From contig JBIIIT010000001.1 in the NCBI GenBank assembly GCA_044234435.1, forward strand, positions 1-51,262: a stretch of DNA of 51,262 nt. The letters run 5' to 3'. The DNA comes from Candidatus Saccharimonadia bacterium. Its GTDB lineage: Bacteria > Patescibacteriota > Saccharimonadia > CAILAD01 > BJGX01. Positions within the stretch are counted from its first letter, which is position 1. Each line of letters starts with the position of its first letter. This document shows positions 42,246 through 51,262 of the stretch, in pieces. Under the pieces are notes generated by a model. That model ran no database searches and was not told the DNA's origin. It saw only the letters and a list, made by a program, of their open reading frames with translations. Both the position numbers and the translations under genes were made by a program.

Positions 42246-43169
42246 TTACCAAAACCTTCGCTTTTTTGAAGCCTCTTCAAAATCTTTCAGCAAATCTTTC
42301 TGCTTTGAATTTAACTTGGTTGGTATTTCAACTTCGCAAATCACTATATGATCTCCGTGCCTATCACTATTGATTACAGGCATGCCCTTTCCACTTAATT
42401 TGAATATTTTATTAGGCTGAGTGCCCGGTGGTATTTTAAATTTTACCTTTCCAGAAATAGTCTCAATTGGATATTCTCCGCCCAGAGTAGCATGAATCAT
42501 ATCAATTTTTATTTTAGAGATAATATTACTGCCCTCGCGCTCAAAGCGACGATCTGGACGAACTTGTATGCGGACGTATAAATCTCCTCTATCGCCGTTA
42601 TGGTTAATTTCCCCTTTGCCCTCTAGCTTTATGGCTTGGCCTGTATCAATTCCAGCAGGTATTTTTATCTTTACATCTTCTTGTTTTCGGCCGCCATTTT
42701 TATTATCAGCTACTCTGAGGCTAATCTCTTTAGTAACTCCTTTTACGGCTTCTTCAAAATCAATAGTAAGAGTCATTTCGACATCACGAGTGCGGTTTTG
42801 TTGGCCTCTAAAAAACATTTCGAAAATATCATTCAGTCCGCCACCTCCCCCGCCGAAATCAAAACGAATTTCGTTAGGGTCAAAGCCCTGACCATTAAAT
42901 CCACCAAAACCAGCACCAAAGGGATTGCCTCCCCCGTAGCCTCCGCCGGCCTGATCGGCCCCAGCAGCATGACCAAATTGATCATAAGCCTGACGCTTCT
43001 GTTCGTCTTTTAATACTTCGTAGGCTTCATTGGCTTCTTTAAACTTTGCTTCATCACCACCACGATCAGGGTGCAGCTCGACAGCCTTTTTACGAAAGGC
43101 TTTTTTAATTTCGTCTTGGGATGCATCTTTGGCTACACCCAGAACTTCGTAGTAGTCTCTTTTACTCAT
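42246..43169 (-). CDS. dnaJ: DnaJ-family co-chaperone lacking the Cys-rich zinc-finger domain (class B / CbpA-like architecture)
   Basis: J domain (DYYEVLGV...HPD), a Gly/Phe-rich linker and C-terminal substrate-binding domains. It has one Cys in total and no CxxCxGxG repeats. Confidence 0.85.
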   Translation of the reverse strand: MSKRDYYEVLGVAKDASQDEIKKAFRKKAVELHPDRGGDEAKFKEANEAYEVLKDEQKRQAYDQFGHAAGADQAGGGYGGGNPFGAGFGGFNGQGFDPNEIRFDFGGGGGGLNDIFEMFFRGQQNRTRDVEMTLTIDFEEAVKGVTKEISLRVADNKNGGRKQEDVKIKIPAGIDTGQAIKLEGKGEINHNGDRGDLYVRIQVRPDRRFEREGSNIISKIKIDMIHATLGGEYPIETISGKVKFKIPPGTQPNKIFKLSGKGMPVINSDRHGDHIVICEVEIPTKLNSKQKDLLKDFEEASKKRRFW

Positions 43170-43192
43170 ACCGACATTAAATAGCTAGGCTA

Positions 43193-45115
<1,923 letters not shown>

Positions 45116-45118
45116 TTA

Positions 45119-45622
45119 TTATTCTTTCGCTGAATTATTGCTTCCGCCACTAACTTTTACGCGGGCTGGTCGGACCACCCTGTCTCCAATCTGATAGCCC
45201 GGAGTAATCACGTCGGTAATGATTCCCTCCGGTTTGTCAGATTGGACATGTTCAATTGCTTCGTGCAAGTTATGATCAAATTCTTCCCCTGCCGGAACAA
45301 TTTTCTTTACTCCAAGATCATCTAGCTTCTGTGTAAGTTGCTGTCCAACATACTGCATACCTTGAGCCCAAGAGTTACCCTCAAGTTCTGCTGGTAAATG
45401 TGATGCGGCTAAGTCGAAATTATCTAGCGCTGGCAATAGCTCGTTTAATACCATTTCTTTAGCACGAACCATAGTTGTGGCTTGCTCTTCGGTTTGACGC
45501 TTTTTATAGTTCTCAAATTCTGCCTGAAGTCTTTGCAAAGATTCGGTTAGCTCACCAATTCTCTGCTCGTACTCGGCAGTCTTGTCGTTAATATTTCTTT
45601 TCATTTTAGGATTCTGCTTCAT
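45119..45622 (-). CDS. grpE: nucleotide exchange factor GrpE
   Basis: Coiled-coil N-terminus with RLQAEFENYKKR, and a C-terminal beta domain (GY.IGDRVVRPARV). Confidence 0.9.
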   Translation of the reverse strand: MKQNPKMKRNINDKTAEYEQRIGELTESLQRLQAEFENYKKRQTEEQATTMVRAKEMVLNELLPALDNFDLAASHLPAELEGNSWAQGMQYVGQQLTQKLDDLGVKKIVPAGEEFDHNLHEAIEHVQSDKPEGIITDVITPGYQIGDRVVRPARVKVSGGSNNSAKE

Positions 45623-45625
45623 AAA

Positions 45626-46324
45626 TTACTCACTAAATACTTCCTGTAGAGCTTTGCTTGTACCATCTACTAGATTCAAAACCTTTTCATAGCTCTGGCG
45701 GGTCGGCCCGACAATTCCGATATAACTACGGTCCGAGTAGGGACTACTGAATCGGTTTACTATCATCGTAAGTCCGCTAGCACGAGCCACTGGGTTTTCT
45801 TGGCCAATATACACCTGCATCTTATCGATATCGGCAGTTGCTAGCCATTCTTGTACCGAATCAATAAAGCGAGCTGCTTGCCCAACTTGGTTAATATCCA
45901 TAAACTCTGGTTGGCTAAATAGCTGGCCCATGCCATGGAAATACACCGAGTCACTAAGAGTCGCAAAAGCCATATTGCCAGTCATGTCGCTCAAGGTCTC
46001 GGCGGCGATTTTGATTGCGCCGTCGGTTCGATCCTTAAGACTGTCGACTCTTTTAGATATGGTTTGAATACTTCTACCAGACACCATTGGCTTATCGGCA
46101 AGCTTGTTTACAAAATATCGATATCCAGCATCGGTCGGTATTCGTCCTGCAGATACATGTGGCTGATAAATCAACTTGGCATCTTCCAAGACAGACATTT
46201 CAGCCCTAATAGTGGCCGAACTAATACCAAAGCTGTTAGCAAGCTCACGGGAGCTTACTGGCTCGGCGCTATCAGCATAAAGCCGTACTATTTCAGCTAG
46301 AATGTTGTCTTGTCGCTCTGTCAT
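45626..46324 (-). CDS. hrcA: heat-inducible transcription repressor HrcA (compact, 232 aa)
   Basis: N-terminal wHTH (VSSRELANSFGISSATIRAEMSVLEDAKLI, GRIPTDAGYRYFV) and C-terminal IVGPTRQSYEKV. It sits first in the dnaK operon, behind CIRCE elements. Confidence 0.85.
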   Translation of the reverse strand: MTERQDNILAEIVRLYADSAEPVSSRELANSFGISSATIRAEMSVLEDAKLIYQPHVSAGRIPTDAGYRYFVNKLADKPMVSGRSIQTISKRVDSLKDRTDGAIKIAAETLSDMTGNMAFATLSDSVYFHGMGQLFSQPEFMDINQVGQAARFIDSVQEWLATADIDKMQVYIGQENPVARASGLTMIVNRFSSPYSDRSYIGIVGPTRQSYEKVLNLVDGTSKALQEVFSE

Positions 46325-46351
46325 GTTGTTAATATAGTAGTACTACTACTT

Positions 46352-46378
46352 TTAGCAGTCAACACTATAGAGTGCTAA
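46352..46378 (-). promoter_or_regulatory. CIRCE operator, promoter-distal copy (TTAGCAGTC-N9-GAGTGCTAA, one mismatch)
   Basis: Matches the consensus TTAGCACTC-N9-GAGTGCTAA at 17 of 18 positions. It lies in the predicted 5' UTR of hrcA. Confidence 0.85.
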
Positions 46379-46387
46379 CTAATAACT

Positions 46388-46416
46388 ATATTAAAAAATT
46401 AGCACTCTCATGTCAA
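46388..46416 (-). promoter_or_regulatory. sigma70-like promoter of the hrcA-grpE-dnaK-dnaJ operon (TTGACA-17-TAATAT)
   Basis: On the minus strand, TTGACA (complement of 46411-46416) lies inside the spacer of the upstream CIRCE. TAATAT is the complement of 46388-46393. Confidence 0.55.
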
Positions 46417-46425
46417 GAGTGCTAA
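46399..46425 (-). promoter_or_regulatory. CIRCE operator, promoter-overlapping copy (perfect TTAGCACTC-N9-GAGTGCTAA)
   Basis: Exact match to the CIRCE consensus inverted repeat. It starts 3 nt after the stop of the 856-aa ORF. Confidence 0.9.
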
Positions 46426-46427
46426 TT

Positions 46428-48998
46428 CTATATTTCTTCAATTCTAACGTTCCTAATTCTTGGCCTACCCTCTAATAATGGAATAGTTATTCTAGCCGTC
46501 CTACTTGGGGTATTTCTTATAAAACTTGCCAATACTGATTGCATAAGAGGTTCAGTTATAAACCTGTCTAATAAAAATTTATAATTATTATCATTTAGTA
46601 AACCTTCTTCGGTAGAAATTTGGAATGTATCATTTTTAGAATCAGGGCTATGAATAATAAAATTAATTGCTTTCATTTGGGATGGAAAAATATAACTTTC
46701 GCCAATCTCTGCTACAATTAGCTTTAATATATCCTCTTTTGTTGAGCCTATGGGGATTCCTTTTCTAATGTCTTTTTGGCTAAAAGTAATTATAGTAGAA
46801 TCCGCAGAGCCAGCTACATCTGGAATTGGCAAGATAGTCTTTTCGTCACCGTGTTCATCTCCAAATAAACTCTTGGGTATAGTTAAACTTGAATCTTCTT
46901 CAGACATAATGGTTGCAAAATCTCTTGTTGCTGGAACAGAAGTCCAAAGCGCTACTCTTTTACTGATTATATTTTCTTCTCCTCTTTTACTTCTGCTTAT
47001 ATAGCCAGGGGCCTCTTCCATCCATGAAGGTATCTTACCAGTATCAGCAATTGCAAGCGGTCCTATCTTATAAATATCCGTTCCTATTAACCTACTAGCT
47101 ACTTCCTCGCCTGTTTGATCTAATACCATTTCAGTTTCATTATTTTTTATTGGAATCTCCAACGCTTGTACTTCCTCTATATTCAATTGCTCCGTTATTA
47201 AATCCAAACTATCATTAGACGCAGGAAGCCTAATATTTATTATTTGTTTAGTGCTGGAGTTTTTGGATTTCATTTCTAAATCTACATATAAAATGTCTTC
47301 AATTATTTTAGTGCTTACTACTTTGCCCGTTTTATACACGCTAGATTCAGAAAAATGCAATACGGTCCCGTCGATTTTAAGGCCACGGACCATTTCTGAC
47401 TTAATGTCATCTTCAGTAGTAATTATTTCATTTTGCGTTCTGGAGCACATACCATCCACAAAATCATTATCGAAGCCTGTGGCCAGAACTACATGGTCTA
47501 CTACTACATCTTGAGATGAAGAAATTATTTTTCTGCCGTTTTCGTCTAAAACATTATTGCCTTCATTATCCTTTTGGTATAAACCATAAGTTAATATAAA
47601 TTTATCTCCCGATCTTCTAACAGCAATCGCCCTTCCATCTATTGGTCTAATTCTGTGAAAATATTCGTCATTTGGAATTTCACTGGGAGGTATATCTGCA
47701 GATATTTGACCGTATCGGTGTCGACTAGATACAGCATATTGTGATTCATCAGTAAGTGATTGGCCAACCCAATCAATTGTTATATTAGTATCTTGTCTCG
47801 TTGTTAGGCCAGTGTTTCCAGCGTAACCTAATACTTGCTCTATTACTGTCGCCCCAGAGTCACCAGCCCCTATTACTGCTATATGCCTCATCCCCTTAAA
47901 AGGAAGTTCGCCACCTCTTATTCTATCAACTGTTTGTTTATGAAATTGGCTTAGACTCATAATTCCAGACTCTCCGTCGGATGAAAACTTTGCCTGTTCT
48001 TCAGCAATGATTTTGCGCGAAACTTCATCCCCAAAATCTAGTCTTTCCTTTCCAAGGCCAGTGGATATTACCACTCTGTCCGTAAAGACCTCAAATACTT
48101 CGCCCGACACTGTATCGATAAATTCGACAATATATTTACCTGCACTATCTTTAGATGGATTTAGTCTTATGCTTGATAACTCAGATTTAATAACCGTGCG
48201 TGCCTCAAGTGCATGATTAATCCTTACCGCTGTGGCAATCCTATCCTGTGTTCCATAAGTAGAATATGCTATGTCTGGCTCTTGAATGATACCTCTACCT
48301 AGGCTGTTTTTATTACCTGAACGCCCAGCAACATTTTCTTCTGGTATGGAGCTTTCTGGTCCTTGTTTTGTGTTAAGCTCGTGCATAGTAGTTTCATATC
48401 TAAACTGGCCGCCTATAATTGGAGAGCTTTCAATACAGAGGCACGGTTCATCAGGATTCATAAAAAGCCTTTCAGCAGAATATACTTGGGCATGAGGACC
48501 CGAACCTATTACTATTTCATGCACATAGTTATTGCCGTTTCTGATTCTATCCTTAATTCTGACAGAATCCATCTCTACCAATCTGTTAATTGCTTCATTG
48601 ATTAGCGCGCTTCCTCTTTCAGTTCTAGCAATTCCAGCCAAATATCTAGTTAGGTCTCTATGCCTTTGACCTTCAGATGAAGCAGGGTCCCTAACGATTC
48701 TATCGCCTTCCATTTTTACTATGAAGTCCATTTCTTCTAATCTGGTTTCACTAGCTCCGATGCGACCTTCTTCACCTCTTTCGACTGCTCCTCTAGCCAA
48801 ACCATAGGCTACACTTTCCCTAACCGAATTAAATATTTCATCAATCGACTTCACTGTCATGGATAATGCACGCATTGGAGTAGACTTCATTCTATCGGTT
48901 ATTCTTCGCATGGCTTTATTTTCGACATCTGAATCAACTTCCTTGTCTATGAGTATCTTATTTAATTCGTCGCGTTTATCTAAATTAGGATTATTCAT
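46428..48998 (-). CDS. large orphan protein with a two-dinucleotide-binding-domain flavoprotein-like core (FAD/NAD(P)-binding oxidoreductase or N-hydroxylase-like), plus unique N- and C-terminal regions
   Basis: 856-aa uninterrupted ORF. It has GxGxxG-type motifs EIVIGSGPHAQVYS and HIAVIGAGDSGATVIEQ, an ATG-type motif HVVLATGFDN, and a late DIYKIGPLA. About 150 aa of helical N-terminus and about 200 aa of C-terminus have no motif I recognise. Confidence 0.5.
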   Translation of the reverse strand: MNNPNLDKRDELNKILIDKEVDSDVENKAMRRITDRMKSTPMRALSMTVKSIDEIFNSVRESVAYGLARGAVERGEEGRIGASETRLEEMDFIVKMEGDRIVRDPASSEGQRHRDLTRYLAGIARTERGSALINEAINRLVEMDSVRIKDRIRNGNNYVHEIVIGSGPHAQVYSAERLFMNPDEPCLCIESSPIIGGQFRYETTMHELNTKQGPESSIPEENVAGRSGNKNSLGRGIIQEPDIAYSTYGTQDRIATAVRINHALEARTVIKSELSSIRLNPSKDSAGKYIVEFIDTVSGEVFEVFTDRVVISTGLGKERLDFGDEVSRKIIAEEQAKFSSDGESGIMSLSQFHKQTVDRIRGGELPFKGMRHIAVIGAGDSGATVIEQVLGYAGNTGLTTRQDTNITIDWVGQSLTDESQYAVSSRHRYGQISADIPPSEIPNDEYFHRIRPIDGRAIAVRRSGDKFILTYGLYQKDNEGNNVLDENGRKIISSSQDVVVDHVVLATGFDNDFVDGMCSRTQNEIITTEDDIKSEMVRGLKIDGTVLHFSESSVYKTGKVVSTKIIEDILYVDLEMKSKNSSTKQIINIRLPASNDSLDLITEQLNIEEVQALEIPIKNNETEMVLDQTGEEVASRLIGTDIYKIGPLAIADTGKIPSWMEEAPGYISRSKRGEENIISKRVALWTSVPATRDFATIMSEEDSSLTIPKSLFGDEHGDEKTILPIPDVAGSADSTIITFSQKDIRKGIPIGSTKEDILKLIVAEIGESYIFPSQMKAINFIIHSPDSKNDTFQISTEEGLLNDNNYKFLLDRFITEPLMQSVLASFIRNTPSRTARITIPLLEGRPRIRNVRIEEI

Positions 48999-49014
48999 AA
49001 AGTAATCCTACCTA

Positions 49015-49635
49015 CTAAGATGCCTTTTGAGTTGGACAGGTTATTGTATTTATTTTCCAAACTCCATTTTCATTAACCATACCCAATCTGATTGTTATAA
49101 TTCCGCTTTCGGCATAATTTGCCTCCACGCTTACCTCTGCATTTTTTGTGTCCTTTACCGTCGGTGTCTTAAATACGTAGTCTTTAAAGGCCAAAGCATT
49201 TTGAGAGCAGGTTAATGGGTCATAGTTTAGATTAGCACTTTTTTGAAAATCCAAATAAGATTGAGTTATATAATTTCTATCTTTTAAGCTTTGATATGAA
49301 ACTGGACTGGAAGGTGTAGATCCATTCAACCAATAATCATAAATCGATTTGACTTGAGCCGTTATTGCGTTTTGTATAGATGTTTGTTCGTTCAATGAGA
49401 TGTTTTTACTCTCATATTCTTTAACCTTCTGGCTAAGTTCTTGGATTTGATTTTGTAACTGCTGAATCTGCTCATCTTGAGATTTTTTAGAACTCTTAGC
49501 TTTATTGTTCATATAATACCAAGTGCCAATTATTCCACCAATGGCCAAAATAATAACAATTACCAAAGTAACTATTAAGCCTTTATTAGATTTTTTCTGA
49601 TTTATTTCTTGCTTAACCTGATGGTATTCTTCCAT
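49015..49635 (-). CDS. membrane-anchored protein with a coiled coil and an NTF2-like (DUF3828-like) C-terminal module, function unknown
   Basis: TM segment LIVTLVIVIILAIGGIIGTWYY, a Gln-rich coil (QIQQLQNQIQELSQKVKE), and a C-terminal region ending in VWKINTITC. Confidence 0.5.
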   Translation of the reverse strand: MEEYHQVKQEINQKKSNKGLIVTLVIVIILAIGGIIGTWYYMNNKAKSSKKSQDEQIQQLQNQIQELSQKVKEYESKNISLNEQTSIQNAITAQVKSIYDYWLNGSTPSSPVSYQSLKDRNYITQSYLDFQKSANLNYDPLTCSQNALAFKDYVFKTPTVKDTKNAEVSVEANYAESGIITIRLGMVNENGVWKINTITCPTQKAS

Positions 49636-49694
49636 GAAGAGATCCTATATTAATTACTATAAGAATTATAAAACTATAAATAGGCAAATTCAAT

Positions 49695-51262
49695 CTAGTC
49701 TTTTTTAAGTAGTACCATGAAAGCTTCTGGAGGAATTTCTACCCTACCGATCATTTTCATCTTCTTCTTACCTGCTTTTTGCTTGGCCCAAAGCTTCTTT
49801 TTACGGCTGATGTCGCCACCATACAATTTGGCAGTTACATTTTTGCCCATTGGGCGAATGTTTTCACGGCACAATATCTTGCCGCCAATCGCAGCCTGCA
49901 AGCTTACCTCAAAAAGCTGCCGTGGAATTACGTCTTTAAGCTTTAACACAACTTGGTTTCCAATTCTTTCCGCTTCGGACCTATGAACTATCAAGCTCAA
50001 ACTATCCACCGGCTCACCAGCTACCAATATATCAACTTTAACCAAATCTTCCGTGCGGTATTCATCTAGATCATAACTAAACGATCCATAGCCAGATGTG
50101 GTGCTCTTGAGATTGTCATAAAAATCTGTAAGCACATTAGCCATAGGCGCCTGGAAGCTCACAAGAGCTAAGCCTTCGTCGATGTAATCCAAATTAGTCT
50201 GCAAACCGCGTACCGAAGTTATTAACTGCATAACATTGCCAACATATTGCGAAGGAACAATAATTTCCCCTTTCATCCATGGCTCTTTGATTTGCTGAAT
50301 TTGCGTTGGGTCGGGCAATTCGCCAGCACTTTTAATATCTATCTCTTCGCCGTTATTTGTGATTACTTTATAATCCACACTCGGATTGGTAACTACTAAG
50401 CTTAGATTATATTCACGCTCCAAACGTTCTTTTATAATTTCTAAGTGTAAAAGACCTAAAAATCCGACGCGGAATCCAAAACCCAGCACTACTGAATTTT
50501 CAGGATCGTATTCAAGTGCCGAATCATTTAGTGCTAGCTTTTCTAAAGCGTCTTTTAAGTTCTGGTAGTCTTCGGAGCTAGTTGGGTAAAAACCGGCATA
50601 AACATATGGCCGAACTTTTTTGTACCCTGGCAGTGCTTCGCTTGCTGGATTTGTTTTGGCAATCACGGTATCACCCACACGGGCATCGGCAGTAGTCTTA
50701 AAGTTAGTTACGATGTAACCAATTTGTCCGCAAGTTAAATCAGCATCTGCTGACATGGTCGGGTTAAAATGCCCACACTCTAATGCAATAGTGTCTTTTT
50801 GTGATGCAAACATCGTAAGAGACTCGTTCTTTTTAAGGCTTCCGTCCGTAACGCGCACATAAAGTATTACCCCTCGGTATTCATCATAAACAGAATCAAA
50901 AACCAAAGCCCTGAGTGGAGCGTCGGTCTTTCCGGTTGGTGCCGGTACTAGCTCCACCACTTTATCTAAGACCTTCTCTACGTCAGTACCTTCTTTGGCA
51001 GAAATTCTAATAATTTCTTCTGGCCCACAGCCCAATAGGCTTGAAATCTCATCGGCGACTTTATCTGGCTCAGCCGCAGGAAGATCAATTTTATTAATAA
51101 CCGGGATGATTGTAAGGTTCGCCTCCATCGCCAAATACACATTCGCCAGAGTCTGGGCCTGAATTCCTTGGCTAGCATCAACAATTAATATCGCGCCTTC
51201 ACAAGCCTGAAGGCTACGGCTAACTTCGTAAGTAAAATCCACATGCCCTGGTGTATCGATAA
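49695..51262 (-). CDS. lepA: translation elongation factor 4 (LepA), N-terminus beyond the right edge
   Basis: The frame stays open upstream of the track's Met. 51262-51240 translates to IDTPGHVDF (the G3 motif), followed by NKIDL and the LepA C-terminal domain (GGD.SRKKKLW.KQK.GKK.M). Confidence 0.93.
   Translation of the reverse strand, partial: IDTPGHVDFTYEVSRSLQACEGAILIVDASQGIQAQTLANVYLAMEANLTIIPVINKIDLPAAEPDKVADEISSLLGCGPEEIIRISAKEGTDVEKVLDKVVELVPAPTGKTDAPLRALVFDSVYDEYRGVILYVRVTDGSLKKNESLTMFASQKDTIALECGHFNPTMSADADLTCGQIGYIVTNFKTTADARVGDTVIAKTNPASEALPGYKKVRPYVYAGFYPTSSEDYQNLKDALEKLALNDSALEYDPENSVVLGFGFRVGFLGLLHLEIIKERLEREYNLSLVVTNPSVDYKVITNNGEEIDIKSAGELPDPTQIQQIKEPWMKGEIIVPSQYVGNVMQLITSVRGLQTNLDYIDEGLALVSFQAPMANVLTDFYDNLKSTTSGYGSFSYDLDEYRTEDLVKVDILVAGEPVDSLSLIVHRSEAERIGNQVVLKLKDVIPRQLFEVSLQAAIGGKILCRENIRPMGKNVTAKLYGGDISRKKKLWAKQKAGKKKMKMIGRVEIPPEAFMVLLKKD

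Overview
This 51.3-kb window is gene-dense, low-GC and transcribed almost entirely from the minus strand. It reads like a reduced-genome bacterium with a Gram-positive-type envelope. My inference is a Candidate Phyla Radiation / Saccharibacteria-like lineage, based on sortase, an RpfB-like muralytic protein, lamin-tail-domain and transglutaminase-like surface proteins, a type IV pilin, ComEC, a half-size TsaB, and lower glycolysis only.

The housekeeping backbone comprises:
- metG (partial), rsmA, pcrA, ppa, tpiA, pyk, eno, pgk
- glycerate 2-kinase and a 2-hydroxyacid dehydrogenase
- mgtE, hup, ymdB, rny, tsaB, tsaE
- ruvB, ruvA, ruvC, yebC, comEC
- a CIRCE-controlled hrcA-grpE-dnaK-dnaJ operon
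- lepA (partial)
- eight tRNA genes plus one decayed tRNA-Glu copy

I saw no rRNA, CRISPR array, integrase or transposase.

Four things stand out:
1. A sharply bounded high-GC island of about 450 bp (6480-6940). It encodes a small signal-peptide protein with its own SD, TTG start and GC-rich terminator, and it sits directly behind an AT-rich sigma70-like promoter.
2. A strand-mixed island downstream of tRNA-Lys(UUU) (37.9-41.6 kb). It combines a RimK-type ATP-grasp glutamate ligase, two stand-alone class-I glutamine-amidotransferase-fold genes, a divergent GGCT/AIG2-like gene and an atypical PPP phosphoesterase.
3. An 856-aa orphan with two Rossmann motifs, immediately upstream of the CIRCE promoter.
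4. A FeeM/OlsB-like N-acyltransferase paired with a membrane-anchored methyltransferase.

All functional calls come from motif recognition by eye. None has been checked by database search.
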